Source: an uncultured Lachnospiraceae bacterium
GTDB lineage: Bacteria; Bacillota; Clostridia; Lachnospirales; Lachnospiraceae
Assembly (NCBI GenBank): GCA_910585295.1
Contig: CAJUDE010000003.1
Coordinates: forward strand, 2,321-66,320
Direction of reading: 5' to 3'
Length of the DNA stretch: 64,000 nucleotides
Each line of letters opens with the position of its first letter. Position 1 is the stretch's first letter. The notes under the pieces are model-generated. The model did no database searches. It was not told the origin of the DNA and was given only the letters and a program-made list of their open reading frames with translations. The position numbers were made by a program, and so were the translations under genes. Positions 1 through 10,562 of this stretch are shown piece by piece.

Positions 1-750
1 CGCCCCACCGGATTGCTTGACCCAGAGGTGGTTGTACGCCCAGTGGAAGGGCAGATTGACGATTTGATTGGCGAGGTCAATAAAGAGATTGCAAAGAAAC
101 ATAAAGTGCTGATCACCACCCTTACGAAGAAAATGGCAGAAGATTTGACGGATTATATGAGGGAAGTGGGGATTCGTGTGAAGTACCTGCATTCTGATAT
201 TGATACGTTGGAGCGGGCTGAAATTATCCGCGACCTGCGCTTGGATGTATTTGACGTGCTAGTAGGCATCAACCTGCTGAGGGAGGGGCTGGACATCCCG
301 GAAATTACTTTGGTTGCAATCTTGGATGCAGATAAAGAAGGATTTTTGCGTTCTGAAACTTCTTTAATCCAGACAATTGGGCGTGCCGCCCGTAATTCGG
401 AAGGGCATGTAATAATGTATGCTGATAATATTACGGATTCCATGCGGGTGGCTATTGGTGAAACGGAGCGGAGGAGGAACATTCAGCAGGCATATAATCA
501 GAAGCATGGGATAACCCCCGCGACTATCCGCAAATCTGTCCGCGACTTAATCAGCATATCCAAAAAAGTTGCAAAGGAAGAATACCAATTCCAAAAAGAC
601 CCGGAATCCATGAGCAAGAAAGAATTGGAGAAATTAATTGGGGAAATTCAGAAAAAGATGCAGGCAGCGGCAGCGGAGCTGAACTTCGAGGCGGCGGCAG
701 AGCTGCGTGACAAGATGATAGAGTTGAAAAAGAACCTTCGCGATATGTAA
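1..750 (+). CDS. uvrB: Excinuclease ABC subunit B, C-terminal part (5' end lies before the window)
   Basis: Frame 1 reads [10 protein letters not shown] from base 1; helicase motifs [13 protein letters not shown] and [12 protein letters not shown]-terminal UVR motif ([11 protein letters not shown]); directly upstream of uvrA. Confidence 0.97.
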   Translation, partial: RPTGLLDPEVVVRPVEGQIDDLIGEVNKEIAKKHKVLITTLTKKMAEDLTDYMREVGIRVKYLHSDIDTLERAEIIRDLRLDVFDVLVGINLLREGLDIPEITLVAILDADKEGFLRSETSLIQTIGRAARNSEGHVIMYADNITDSMRVAIGETERRRNIQQAYNQKHGITPATIRKSVRDLISISKKVAKEEYQFQKDPESMSKKELEKLIGEIQKKMQAAAAELNFEAAAELRDKMIELKKNLRDM

Positions 751-802
751 TTCCCTGAGATATAAGGGCAGGGGCAATCAATAGAAAAAGGAGTTTACCA
801 TT

Positions 803-3640
803 ATGGCAAAATCAGAAAAGCAGTATATTAAAATCAGAGGGGCAAATGAACATAACTTGAAAAACTTGGATGTGGATATCCCCAGAAATGAATTTATTGT
901 CCTGACGGGATTAAGCGGTTCTGGGAAATCTTCCCTTGCCTTTGACACCATTTATGCAGAAGGGCAGCGCAGGTATATGGAATCACTGTCCTCCTATGCA
1001 AGGCAGTTTTTAGGGCAGATGGAAAAGCCGGATGTGGAGCGGATTGAAGGGCTGTCCCCGGCTATTTCTATTGACCAGAAATCTACAAACCGCAATCCAA
1101 GGTCCACCGTAGGGACGGTAACGGAAATCTATGATTATTTCCGTCTGCTGTACGCAAGGATTGGCGTCCCCCACTGCCCTGTTTGTGGAAAAGAGATTAA
1201 GAAGCAGTCAGTAGACCAAATGGTAGACCAGATTCTGTCTATGGAAGAGGGGACGAAAATCCAACTGCTGGCTCCTGTTGTCCGGGGGCGAAAAGGCGCC
1301 CATCAAAAATTATTTGAGCAGGCAAAGCGCAGCGGCTATGTCAGGGTGCAGGTGGATGGGAATATTTATGACCTGACAGAAGAAATACCAATGGATAAAA
1401 ATATCAAGCACAATATCGAAATTGTTGTTGACCGCCTCGTGGTAAAGCCAGGCATTGAGAAGCGCCTGACAGACTCTGTGGAAAATGTGCTAGAGCTGGC
1501 GGAAGGGTTGATGGCAGTAGATGTCATTGGCGGGGAGCCAGTTAATTTCTCCCAGAGTTTTTCCTGCCCGGATTGCGGCGTCAGCATTGAAGAGATTGAG
1601 CCAAGGAGTTTTTCCTTTAATAATCCATTTGGCGCATGCCCCGACTGTTTTGGGCTGGGGTATAAAATGGAATTTGATGTGGATTTGATGATCCCAGACA
1701 AGTCCTTAAGCCTTTCACAAGGGGCTATCCAGGTGATGGGATGGCAGTCTAGCACAGATAAAGGGAGCTTTACAAACGCCATTTTGCAAGCGTTGGCGGA
1801 AGAATATAAATTTGACCTGGACGCGCCTTATGGGGAGCTTCCGAAAAAGGTTCAGAATATCTTGCTTAACGGCACAGGAGGGAAAGGGATAAAGGTCCAT
1901 TATAAGGGGCAGCGCGGGGAGGGCGTTTATGATGTGGCGTTTGAAGGGCTGGTCCGGAATGTGCAAAGGCGGTACCGGGAAACTGGGTCTGATACCATGA
2001 AGCAGGAATACGAGCAGTTTATGCGGGTAACGCCATGTAAAACATGCGGCGGCCAGCGGTTAAAGCGGGAAGCCCTTGCAGTGACTGTTTCTGGGAAAAA
2101 TATTTATGAGGCCACTTCTATGTCCATTCAGAAATTGCAGGAGTTTTTAGAGGGGATGGAGCTGACCAAGCAGCAAAAGCTGATTGGCGCCCAGGTGCTA
2201 AAAGAAATCCGGGCGCGGGTTGGGTTCTTGGTGGATGTGGGGCTTGACTATTTGACCTTATCCAGGGCTACGGGCACTTTGTCCGGCGGGGAAGCCCAGC
2301 GCATCCGCCTTGCCACCCAGATAGGCTCCGGGCTGGTAGGGGTTGCGTATATTTTGGACGAACCAAGCATTGGGCTGCATCAGCGGGATAATGACAAGCT
2401 GCTGCATACATTGCGGAACTTAAAGGATTTGGGGAATACTTTGATTGTAGTGGAACATGATGAAGACACTATGTTTGCGGCAGACCATATCGTGGATATT
2501 GGCCCAGGCGCCGGGGAACACGGCGGGCATTTGGTCGCCCAGGGAACTGCAAAAGATATTATGGCAAATAAAGATTCCATTACGGGAGCCTATCTGAGCG
2601 GCAAGATTAAAATACCCGTCCCTGAAACAAGGAGGAAGCCCTCTGGGTTCCTGAAAATCAAAGGGGCGAAAGAAAATAACCTGCAGAACGTCAATGTGGA
2701 AATTCCATTGGGAGTTATGACCTGCGTGACAGGGGTGTCTGGTTCTGGGAAATCTTCCCTGACCAATGAAATCCTCTATAAACGCTTGGCAAGGGATTTA
2801 AACCGCGCCAGGGTAATTCCCGGCAAACATAGGTCTATCGAAGGGCTTGAGCAACTGGATAAGGTAATTGACATTGACCAATCCCCTATTGGAAGGACTC
2901 CTAGGTCTAACCCGGCAACTTACACGGGAGTATTTGACCAAATCCGTGACTTATTTGCCGCAACGCCAGACGCCAAGGCGAAAGGATATGCCAAAGGGCG
3001 TTTTAGCTTTAATGTAAAGGGCGGCCGCTGCGAAGCATGTTCTGGTGACGGCATCCTGAAAATCGAAATGCATTTCCTTCCAGACGTTTATGTGCCATGT
3101 GAAGTATGTGGGGGCAAGCGTTACAATCGGGAGACTTTGGAGGTAAAATATAAAGGGAAGAGCATTTATGATGTGCTGGATATGACAGTGGAGGAAGCGT
3201 TGGCGTTTTTTGAGCATGTGCCTTCTATCCGGCGTAAAATAGAGACTTTGTATGACGTGGGGCTTTCTTATATTAAGTTAGGGCAGCCTTCCACTACCTT
3301 GTCTGGCGGGGAAGCCCAGCGCATTAAGCTTGCCACAGAGCTAAGCAGGCGCAGTACTGGGAAAACCATTTATATCCTGGATGAGCCTACCACAGGGCTG
3401 CATTTTGCTGATGTGCATAAGCTTACGGAAATTTTACAGCGGCTGGCGGAAGGAGGGAATACTGTGGTGGTTATAGAGCATAACCTGGATGTGATTAAGA
3501 CGGCAGACTATATTATTGATATGGGGCCGGAAGGGGGAGACGGCGGCGGAATGGTCATTGCGAAGGGGACTCCAGAGGAAGTGGCAAAAGTGGAAGGGTC
3601 CTATACGGGGCAATATATCAAAAAATATTTACAGGGGTAG
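803..3640 (+). CDS. uvrA: Excinuclease ABC subunit A
   Basis: 945 aa; two Walker A motifs ([16 protein letters not shown]), two LSGGEAQR signatures, CxxC zinc fingers. Confidence 0.98.
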   Translation: MAKSEKQYIKIRGANEHNLKNLDVDIPRNEFIVLTGLSGSGKSSLAFDTIYAEGQRRYMESLSSYARQFLGQMEKPDVERIEGLSPAISIDQKSTNRNPRSTVGTVTEIYDYFRLLYARIGVPHCPVCGKEIKKQSVDQMVDQILSMEEGTKIQLLAPVVRGRKGAHQKLFEQAKRSGYVRVQVDGNIYDLTEEIPMDKNIKHNIEIVVDRLVVKPGIEKRLTDSVENVLELAEGLMAVDVIGGEPVNFSQSFSCPDCGVSIEEIEPRSFSFNNPFGACPDCFGLGYKMEFDVDLMIPDKSLSLSQGAIQVMGWQSSTDKGSFTNAILQALAEEYKFDLDAPYGELPKKVQNILLNGTGGKGIKVHYKGQRGEGVYDVAFEGLVRNVQRRYRETGSDTMKQEYEQFMRVTPCKTCGGQRLKREALAVTVSGKNIYEATSMSIQKLQEFLEGMELTKQQKLIGAQVLKEIRARVGFLVDVGLDYLTLSRATGTLSGGEAQRIRLATQIGSGLVGVAYILDEPSIGLHQRDNDKLLHTLRNLKDLGNTLIVVEHDEDTMFAADHIVDIGPGAGEHGGHLVAQGTAKDIMANKDSITGAYLSGKIKIPVPETRRKPSGFLKIKGAKENNLQNVNVEIPLGVMTCVTGVSGSGKSSLTNEILYKRLARDLNRARVIPGKHRSIEGLEQLDKVIDIDQSPIGRTPRSNPATYTGVFDQIRDLFAATPDAKAKGYAKGRFSFNVKGGRCEACSGDGILKIEMHFLPDVYVPCEVCGGKRYNRETLEVKYKGKSIYDVLDMTVEEALAFFEHVPSIRRKIETLYDVGLSYIKLGQPSTTLSGGEAQRIKLATELSRRSTGKTIYILDEPTTGLHFADVHKLTEILQRLAEGGNTVVVIEHNLDVIKTADYIIDMGPEGGDGGGMVIAKGTPEEVAKVEGSYTGQYIKKYLQG

Positions 3641-3670
3641 GAAGTAAAGTGGAATAACGCCCTAGGCATT

Positions 3671-3783
3671 ATAAAAGGCTGTCCAACAGGACAGCCTTCA
3701 CTTTCGGGGAGTACCTCCTGGATTCCTAAGAATCCAGGAAGCATGAGTTATGAAAAATTATATTAGCTTGTTAGCTAGTACGG
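3671..3783 (-). ncRNA. Candidate ~110-nt small regulatory RNA with csRNA-like architecture
   Basis: Minus strand: TATACT -10 box (3789-3794), three hairpins (3761-3780, 3716-3739, terminator 3675-3698 plus U-run), and unpaired UUUUUCAU and ACUCCCC tracts. Confidence 0.55.
3675..3698. terminator. Probably bidirectional intrinsic terminator after uvrA
   Basis: Perfect 10-bp stem AAGGCTGTCC-aaca-GGACAGCCTT, with an A-run on the left and CACTTT on the right. Confidence 0.8.
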
Positions 3784-3788
3784 ATATT

Positions 3789-3820
3789 AGTATAACCGAT
3801 GATTGTGAAGGATATGTGAA
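3789..3820 (-). promoter_or_regulatory. Promoter with TTCACA-N5-TTCACA direct repeat upstream of TATACT
   Basis: Plus-strand TGTGAA at 3804-3809 and 3815-3820 (11-bp period), AGTATA at 3789-3794; geometry typical of OmpR/PhoB-family boxes. Confidence 0.5.
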
Positions 3821-3929
3821 AAAACCGAGAAAAGTTTAGAAAAAGTATAAAAATTTCATAAACTTTAATTAGGAATTCCATGGAAAAGGTTAATTATAGA
3901 CGTTTTTTTATAATTTGGAAAAAAACACT

Positions 3930-3957
3930 TTGAAATTTCCCTATGATTGTATATAAT
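3930..3957 (+). promoter_or_regulatory. Sigma-A-type promoter for mreB/mbl
   Basis: TTGAAA-16 bp-TATAAT upstream of the RBS and ATG at 4032. Confidence 0.5.
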
Positions 3958-4031
3958 GTAGATGTATATGGAAAAATAGAGTTATTATGTTTAATTGTAT
4001 TCAGATAGAGGAATGAAAGGGGAACCAAACG

Positions 4032-5024
4032 ATGGCGACAGATATTGGAATTGACCTGGGGACGGCGAGTATCCTGGTGTATATAAAAGGAAAAGGCGTT
4101 GTGTTAAAAGAACCTTCTGTAGTGGCATTTGACAGGGATACAAATAAGATTAAGGCGATTGGTGAAGAGGCCAGGCTGATGCTTGGAAGGACGCCAGGGA
4201 ATATTGTTGCGGTAAGACCTTTGCGCCAAGGGGTTATTTCTGACTACACAGTGACCGAAAAAATGTTAAAGTACTTTATCCAGAAAGCCATGGGCAAAAA
4301 AAGTTTCCGCAAACCAAGAATCAGCGTGTGCGTGCCAAGCGGCGTAACCGAAGTGGAGAAGAAAGCAGTGGAGGATGCAACTTACCAGGCTGGCGCCAGG
4401 GAAGTTTCCATTATTGAAGAGCCTATCGCGGCGGCAATCGGCGCTGGCGTGGACATTTCTAAGCCTTGCGGCAATATGATTGTGGATATTGGCGGTGGGA
4501 CTGCCGATATTGCGGTGATTTCCCTTGGAGGGACAGTGGTAAGCACCTCTATTAAGATTGCTGGGGATGATTTTGATGAAGCCATAGTACGTTATATGAG
4601 GAAGAAGCATAACCTGTTAATAGGCGAGAGGACCGCAGAGGACATTAAGATAAAGATTGGGACCTGTTTCCCATTAGCGCAGAATGATACCATGGATGTA
4701 AGGGGGCGTAACCTAGTGACAGGGCTTCCTAAAACGGTGTCTGTGTCCTCCGAGGAGACAGAGGAGGCTTTGCGGGAAGCTACGCTCCAGATTGTGGAGG
4801 CAGTACACAGCGTATTGGAGAAGACGCCGCCAGAGTTGGCAGCGGATGTGGCTGACCGGGGCATTATATTGACCGGAGGGGGCGCGCTGCTTCGGGGGCT
4901 GGAAGAGCTGATTGAAGACAGGACAGGGATCAATACCATGACAGCAGAGGAGCCTATGACCTGTGTTGCCATTGGGACCGGTAAGTATGTGGAATTCCTG
5001 TCTGGCAAGAAAATAGAGGACTAA
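4032..5024 (+). CDS. mreB: Rod shape-determining protein, MreB/Mbl family
   Basis: IGIDLGTA, IVDIGGGT and LTGGGALL actin-like motifs; KTPPELAAD. Position before flagellar rod genes resembles mbl. Confidence 0.92.
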   Translation: MATDIGIDLGTASILVYIKGKGVVLKEPSVVAFDRDTNKIKAIGEEARLMLGRTPGNIVAVRPLRQGVISDYTVTEKMLKYFIQKAMGKKSFRKPRISVCVPSGVTEVEKKAVEDATYQAGAREVSIIEEPIAAAIGAGVDISKPCGNMIVDIGGGTADIAVISLGGTVVSTSIKIAGDDFDEAIVRYMRKKHNLLIGERTAEDIKIKIGTCFPLAQNDTMDVRGRNLVTGLPKTVSVSSEETEEALREATLQIVEAVHSVLEKTPPELAADVADRGIILTGGGALLRGLEELIEDRTGINTMTAEEPMTCVAIGTGKYVEFLSGKKIED

Positions 5025-5106
5025 ATCAGGCAAAATAGGCTTAAGCCTGGCTTATGGACGGAAAGTACAAGGCAACATGTAGTTTATCAACAAAGGAGCA
5101 GGGACT

Positions 5107-5907
5107 ATGGTAAAAGGATTATACACTGCGTATACAGGGATGTTGAACCAGCAGAACCGATTGGATGTGCTTACAAACAATTTGGCAAATTCTGCAACGA
5201 ACGGATTCAAAAAAGAAGGGGCAACCGCGCAGTCCTTCGATGATATGTTGGCATATAAGATTAAAGATACTTCAGCGATGGGGCTTTCCAAGAGGCTGGG
5301 TGATGTAAGCCTGGGGGTTAAGATTGGGGAGTGCTACACGGATTACGGCCAGGGGTCTTTCCGTGTGACAGATAATGTGTATGACCTCGCAATCGACGGG
5401 GATGGCTTTTTTGCGATATCTTATACAAACAAAGCTGGTGAAACTTCTGTAAAATATACCAGGGATGGTGCTTTTACCGTCAACAGGGAAGGTTACCTGA
5501 TGACGAAGGATGGAGATTATGTATTGAACCAGGCTGCGGCTCAGGCAGGGAACCCTGGGGAAGCCGGGTACATACGGATAGACCCTAATGTGGAGCTGAA
5601 AGTAGATGAAAATGGCAATCTGTACCAGAACAACGCTTTGTTAGGGCAGGTTGGCGTTGTGGATTTTGCTGATTATAATTTTCTGGCAAAATATGGCGAG
5701 AATTTGTATGACCTTGTAGAAGGCGGCCAGGCACAGGCGTCAAATGCCCAGGTGGTGCAGGGAACCTTGGAGATGTCCAATGTAAATGTAGTTTCCGAGA
5801 TGGTAGAGATGATTACGATTTCCAGGGCATATGAGACAAACCAGAAGATTATCCAATCAATAGATGATACACTTGAGAAGGCCGTGAATAATATCGGCAA
5901 AGCATAG
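5107..5907 (+). CDS. Flagellar basal-body rod protein, FlgF/FlgG family
   Basis: N-terminal NNLANSATNGFK, DLAIDGDGFF, YTRDGAF, C-terminal LEMSNVNVVSEMVEMI. Confidence 0.92.
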   Translation: MVKGLYTAYTGMLNQQNRLDVLTNNLANSATNGFKKEGATAQSFDDMLAYKIKDTSAMGLSKRLGDVSLGVKIGECYTDYGQGSFRVTDNVYDLAIDGDGFFAISYTNKAGETSVKYTRDGAFTVNREGYLMTKDGDYVLNQAAAQAGNPGEAGYIRIDPNVELKVDENGNLYQNNALLGQVGVVDFADYNFLAKYGENLYDLVEGGQAQASNAQVVQGTLEMSNVNVVSEMVEMITISRAYETNQKIIQSIDDTLEKAVNNIGKA

Positions 5908-5925
5908 GAAGGAGTGGCATAAGTT

Positions 5926-6741
5926 ATGATGCGTGCATTGTGGTCGGCGGCGTCCGGCATGATTTCCCAACAGACAGCAGTGGATACGATTTCCCATAAC
6001 CTGTCTAATGTCAATACTACTGGATATAAGAATGAGAAAACAGAGTTTAAGTCCCTTTTATACCAAACATTGCAGACAAGGACTACCACAGCGAATGGGG
6101 AAAATAAGCCAATTTCTGCACAGGTTGGGCTGGGTACCAGAGTTGCCTCCATTACTTCAAATTTCACACAAGGCCCATTGCTGGCAAGTGAAAGCTATAC
6201 AGCCATGGCAATTGCAGGGGATGGGTTCTATGCGGTAAGGGGAGCGGATGGCAATACATATTATACCCGTAACGGCGACTTTAAGCTTAGCGTGGGGCAG
6301 GATGGGGACCTTACCCTGGTTACGGCGGACGGCTATCCTGTGCTGGATTCTGAGGGCAACCCAATTACCATGCCGGGAGATGTAAGCAGCAGTAAAATAC
6401 AGGTATCCACGGAAGGGGCATTTGGTTATTTGGACGGCAATGGGAATTTTGTGAACGTTGCCAATATAGGCTTGTTCCAGTTCAGCAACCCGGCAGGGCT
6501 TCAGAAGCTTTCCAACAGCCTCCTTGCAGTGACAGACGCTTCTGGGGAGGCGTTAAATGAGGCAACCACACCGAACTTAATACGAAGTGAAGTCCGCCAT
6601 AAATATGTGGAGGGGTCAAACGTCCAGGTGGCAGACGAGATGGTGAACCTGATTGTTGCCCAAAGGGCATATGAGATGAACTCTAAGGCAATCCAGGCGT
6701 CAGATGACATGCTGGGCCAGGCAAATCAATTAAAGCGGTAA
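5926..6741 (+). CDS. flgG: Flagellar basal-body rod protein FlgG
   Basis: SHNLSNVNTTGYK, YTRNGDF, EGSNVQVADEMVNLIVAQRAYEMNSK. Confidence 0.9.
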   Translation: MMRALWSAASGMISQQTAVDTISHNLSNVNTTGYKNEKTEFKSLLYQTLQTRTTTANGENKPISAQVGLGTRVASITSNFTQGPLLASESYTAMAIAGDGFYAVRGADGNTYYTRNGDFKLSVGQDGDLTLVTADGYPVLDSEGNPITMPGDVSSSKIQVSTEGAFGYLDGNGNFVNVANIGLFQFSNPAGLQKLSNSLLAVTDASGEALNEATTPNLIRSEVRHKYVEGSNVQVADEMVNLIVAQRAYEMNSKAIQASDDMLGQANQLKR

Positions 6742-6811
6742 CATAATATAGCTGAAACAAGAACAGATACATGGGAAGCAGGCGGATAAGCGCGAGGAAA
6801 GAAGGGTACCT

Positions 6812-7165
6812 ATGGACGTAAATGGAATTAATTCTTATTATGGCAATTTAAATACAGATACAGCTTCCAGTTCTGCAAGCAAACTGGAAGAGACCTTGAA
6901 TTCGGATTTATCTACGGCGACAGAAGAGGAGTTGATGGATGTCTGCAAAGATTTTGAGGCATATTTTATTGAGCAAATGTTTAAGGCAATGCAGAGGATG
7001 GTTCCAGAATCAGAGGATAATGTTTCTGCAGCCACTAAGCAGCTAAAAGATTATTACAAAGACCAGATGACCCAATCTTATGCAGAGCAGGCTTCAGAGG
7101 GGGGCGGGCTTGGGATTGCCCAAGTGCTTTATGAACAGATGAAGCGCAATTACGGACTGGAGTAA
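6812..7165 (+). CDS. Rod-binding protein (FlgJ N-terminal-like)
   Basis: LMDVCKDFEAYFIEQMFKAM and GGLGIAQVLYEQM motifs; follows flgG. Confidence 0.85.
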   Translation: MDVNGINSYYGNLNTDTASSSASKLEETLNSDLSTATEEELMDVCKDFEAYFIEQMFKAMQRMVPESEDNVSAATKQLKDYYKDQMTQSYAEQASEGGGLGIAQVLYEQMKRNYGLE

Positions 7166-7169
7166 TATT

Positions 7170-9374
7170 GTGGAGATACTGACAGGATATGTGGGGCATA
7201 TTGTGTTCCAGAATGCAGAGAACGGCTATACCGTGCTGGAATTAGTTTGCGGGGAAGATGAAATTACATGTGTGGGGATATTCCATGGCGTCAGCGAGGG
7301 GGAATCCCTCGAGCTGTCTGGGGAATATACCACACATCCTTCTTATGGGAAACAGTTTAAAATGGCGTCTTTTCAAGTGAAGCCGCCAGAAGATATTGTT
7401 TCCATAGAACGCTACCTGGGGTCTGGGGCAATCAAGGGTATCGGCGCTGCCCTGGCGGCAAGGATTGTCAGGAAGTTTCGGGAAGATACTTTCCGTATTA
7501 TAGAGGAGGAGCCAGAACGCCTAGCAGAGGTAAAAGGAATCAGCCAGCGCAAAGCGATGGAGATTGCAGAGCAGACGGAGGGCAAGCGGGAATTGCGCCA
7601 GGCAATGGTGTTCTTACAGCAATATGGCATTTCCCAAACACTGGCAGCAAAAATATATAAAACATATGGGCAAGGCGTGTATGGGGTATTAAAAGAAAAC
7701 CCATACCGCCTGGCAGACGACATTCAAGGTGTGGGTTTTCGGATTGCGGATGAGATTGCATCCAGGATTGGGATCCACACCGATTCTGATTTCCGCATCC
7801 GAAGCGGGATACTGTATACTCTAATGCTGTCCGCCCAGGAAGGGCATACCTGCCTGCCAGCAGGTTTGTTGGCAAAAAGGGCCGGCGAATTATTAGGGGT
7901 TGGGGCGGAGCATGTGGAAAAGCATTACATGAACCTTGCCATAGATAAGAAATTGATGATAAAGGAAATGGATGGATGCCAGTATGTTTATGCAGCTTCT
8001 TACTATTATATGGAATTAAACACTGCGGCTATGCTGAACCAGCTTAATGTCCCTTATGATGTGCCAGAAATTGAGATCCGGGAACGGATTAAGAAGATTG
8101 AGCAGGACACAGGGATGGTTTTGGACGGGCTTCAGGCAGAAGCAGTCAAAGAAGCAGTGACAAATGGCCTGATGGTTATTACAGGGGGGCCGGGGACAGG
8201 GAAGACAACAACAATCAATACCATTATCCGCTATTTTGAACTGGAAGGCATGGATATATTCCTGGCGGCGCCTACTGGGCGCGCGGCCAAACGGATGAGT
8301 GAGACAACTGGTTTTGAAGCCCGCACAATCCACCGTATGCTGGAACTAAACGGCGGCGCTGAGGGGAACGCTGGATTTGAGCGGAATGAGCAAAACCCAT
8401 TGGAGACAGACGTTATTATTATAGATGAAATGTCTATGGTGGATATTTCCCTGATGCATGCATTGTTAAAGGCAGTGGCATATGGCACCCGCCTAATCTT
8501 AGTAGGCGATGTCAACCAGCTTCCCAGCGTGGGGCCTGGCAGCGTATTGCGGGATTTGATTGAATCCGGGCAGTTCCATGTGGTGAGGCTGAATAAGATT
8601 TTCCGGCAGGCGGCGCAGAGCGACATTATTGTCAATGCGCATAAAATTAACCGTGGGGAAGAAGTGCGGCTGGATAACAAAAGCATGGATTTCTTTTTCC
8701 TTAAGAGGTTTGACGCCAATGTGATTATTAGCGTCGTGCTGCAGCTTATCCAACAGAAATTGCCTAAATTTGTGGAAGCGGGGCCGTTTGACATCCAGGT
8801 CCTTACGCCTATGCGCAAAGGGCTTTTGGGGGTAGAACGGCTAAATGGGATTTTGCAGCAGTATTTAAACCCGCCGGGGGACGGCAAAGTGGAGAAAGAG
8901 CATGGGGACGGCGTGTTCCGCGAAGGCGATAAGGTAATGCAGATTAAAAACAATTACCAATTGGAATGGGAAGTGCGCAGCAGGTACGGGCTGGCCATCG
9001 ACAAGGGGACAGGCATATTCAATGGGGATATGGGGATTATCCAGAAAATCAGCGAATACCAGGAAACGGTGTCGGTGGAATTCGATGAAGGAAGGCTAGT
9101 GGAATATTCTTTTAAGCAATTGGATGAGCTGGAGCTTGCTTATGCCATAACAATCCATAAGTCCCAGGGGAGCGAATACCCGGCAGTGGTTATTCCGCTG
9201 CTGGCAGGGCCGAAAATGCTGATGAACCGGAACCTATTGTATACTGCGGTGACGAGGGCGAAGCGGTGTGTCACGCTGGTTGGGAGTGATGTGGCTTTCA
9301 AGGAAATGATAGCGAATGTCAGCGAGCAGAAGCGGTATACTGGGCTGAAAGACAAATTAAAAGAGGAATTCTAA
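7170..9374 (+). CDS. recD2: ATP-dependent RecD-like DNA helicase RecD2
   Basis: HhH repeats (IKGIG), TGGPGTGKT, DEMSM, GDVNQLPSVG, AITIHKSQGSE, LLYTAVTRAK. Confidence 0.95.
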   Translation: MEILTGYVGHIVFQNAENGYTVLELVCGEDEITCVGIFHGVSEGESLELSGEYTTHPSYGKQFKMASFQVKPPEDIVSIERYLGSGAIKGIGAALAARIVRKFREDTFRIIEEEPERLAEVKGISQRKAMEIAEQTEGKRELRQAMVFLQQYGISQTLAAKIYKTYGQGVYGVLKENPYRLADDIQGVGFRIADEIASRIGIHTDSDFRIRSGILYTLMLSAQEGHTCLPAGLLAKRAGELLGVGAEHVEKHYMNLAIDKKLMIKEMDGCQYVYAASYYYMELNTAAMLNQLNVPYDVPEIEIRERIKKIEQDTGMVLDGLQAEAVKEAVTNGLMVITGGPGTGKTTTINTIIRYFELEGMDIFLAAPTGRAAKRMSETTGFEARTIHRMLELNGGAEGNAGFERNEQNPLETDVIIIDEMSMVDISLMHALLKAVAYGTRLILVGDVNQLPSVGPGSVLRDLIESGQFHVVRLNKIFRQAAQSDIIVNAHKINRGEEVRLDNKSMDFFFLKRFDANVIISVVLQLIQQKLPKFVEAGPFDIQVLTPMRKGLLGVERLNGILQQYLNPPGDGKVEKEHGDGVFREGDKVMQIKNNYQLEWEVRSRYGLAIDKGTGIFNGDMGIIQKISEYQETVSVEFDEGRLVEYSFKQLDELELAYAITIHKSQGSEYPAVVIPLLAGPKMLMNRNLLYTAVTRAKRCVTLVGSDVAFKEMIANVSEQKRYTGLKDKLKEEF

Positions 9375-9377
9375 GGG

Positions 9378-9408
9378 GGCAGGTGCGAAAACGGCACTTG
9401 CCTTTTTT
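9378..9408 (+). terminator. Intrinsic terminator after recD2
   Basis: GGCAGGTGC-loop-GCACTTGCC followed by T6. Confidence 0.75.
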
Positions 9409-9474
9409 CCTATTCAATGTTATATTATAGAAGATCAACGCGTTTACGCGCTAAAGTATAGGGAGGAAAGATTC

Positions 9475-10560
9475 ATGAAAAGAAAAATAATGGCACTTAT
9501 TGTATCAGCGGCAATGGCTGCATCTATGCTGGCTGGATGCGGCACCGTAGGCGGAGATACCAGCAAAAAAGAGGAAGAAGAGCAGTCCAGCCAGAGCACG
9601 GAAAGCATTGAGGGCAAAAAAGAGGAAGAGAAGCTGGATGACAGCGCGCAGGAAGAGCTGGAAAACAGCGACGGCAAGGTGTATAAAATCGGCATTTGCC
9701 AACAATTAGAGCATCAGGCGTTAGATGCGGCAACCGAAGGCTTTAAGGCAGCTTTGGTAGAAAAATTTGGCGAAGGGAACGTAGAATTTGACTATCAGAA
9801 TGCCCAGGGAGAGCAGCCCAATTGCGCAACAATTGCAACGAAATTCGTAAATGATAACGTGGATTTGATTATGGCAAATGCAACTACAGCCCTCCAGGCC
9901 TGCGCGGCTGCCACAGCGGAGATTCCGATTATCGGGACTTCTGTTACAGATTTTGTGGAAGCTGGCGTGGTGGACAGCAATGAGGCTCCAGGACGGAACG
10001 TAACAGGGACTTCGGACCTGGCTCCGATTGACCAGCAGATTGAATTGCTGGCAACCCTTGTCCCGGATGCGAAAAAGGTTGGGATTTTATATTGCTCCTC
10101 AGAAGCGAATTCTGTATTCCAGGCAGACCAGGCAGAAAAAGCGCTGAAGGTTAAGGGGATTTCCTACGACAGGTACACAGTATCCGATTCCAACGATATC
10201 CAGCAGGTAGTGACCAATGCAGTGGCAGAGTGCGACGCTATCTACATCCCCACAGACAATACAATTGCAAATAATATGGAGGGCGTAAAAAATGTAGCTG
10301 GCCCCGCGGGCATCCCAATTATTTGCGGCGAGGAAAATATGTGCGCAGGGGGCGGGCTTGCAACTTTGAGCATTTCTTACTATAACATTGGCTATAATGC
10401 AGGCATAATGGCATATGAGATCCTTACAGAAGGCAAAAACCCTGGGGAAATGCCAATTCAATATGCAGACGAAGTGACGAAAAAGTACAATGCAGAAGTT
10501 GCGGAGGCCTTAAATATGGAAATGCCTTCTGATATGGTAGAAATTGGAAAAGAGGAATAA
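9475..10560 (+). CDS. ABC transporter substrate-binding lipoprotein (TrpX-like, possibly aromatic amino acid binding)
   Basis: Lipobox LAGC; EHQALDAATEGF, NAQGEQ, NVTGTSD, IPTDNT motifs. Confidence 0.85.
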   Translation: MKRKIMALIVSAAMAASMLAGCGTVGGDTSKKEEEEQSSQSTESIEGKKEEEKLDDSAQEELENSDGKVYKIGICQQLEHQALDAATEGFKAALVEKFGEGNVEFDYQNAQGEQPNCATIATKFVNDNVDLIMANATTALQACAAATAEIPIIGTSVTDFVEAGVVDSNEAPGRNVTGTSDLAPIDQQIELLATLVPDAKKVGILYCSSEANSVFQADQAEKALKVKGISYDRYTVSDSNDIQQVVTNAVAECDAIYIPTDNTIANNMEGVKNVAGPAGIPIICGEENMCAGGGLATLSISYYNIGYNAGIMAYEILTEGKNPGEMPIQYADEVTKKYNAEVAEALNMEMPSDMVEIGKEE

Positions 10561-10562
10561 AA

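Noticed and set aside
3743..3839. Short + strand ORFs after GGGGAG (e.g. MKNYISLL...)
   Set aside because: RBS-like sequence is far from the ATG and the region lies behind the uvrA terminator; the minus-strand sRNA explains the motifs better
5025..5106. Possible sigma-28 promoter before the flagellar rod genes
   Set aside because: No convincing TAAA-N15-GCCGATAA match; only short palindromes such as AGGCTTAAGCCT
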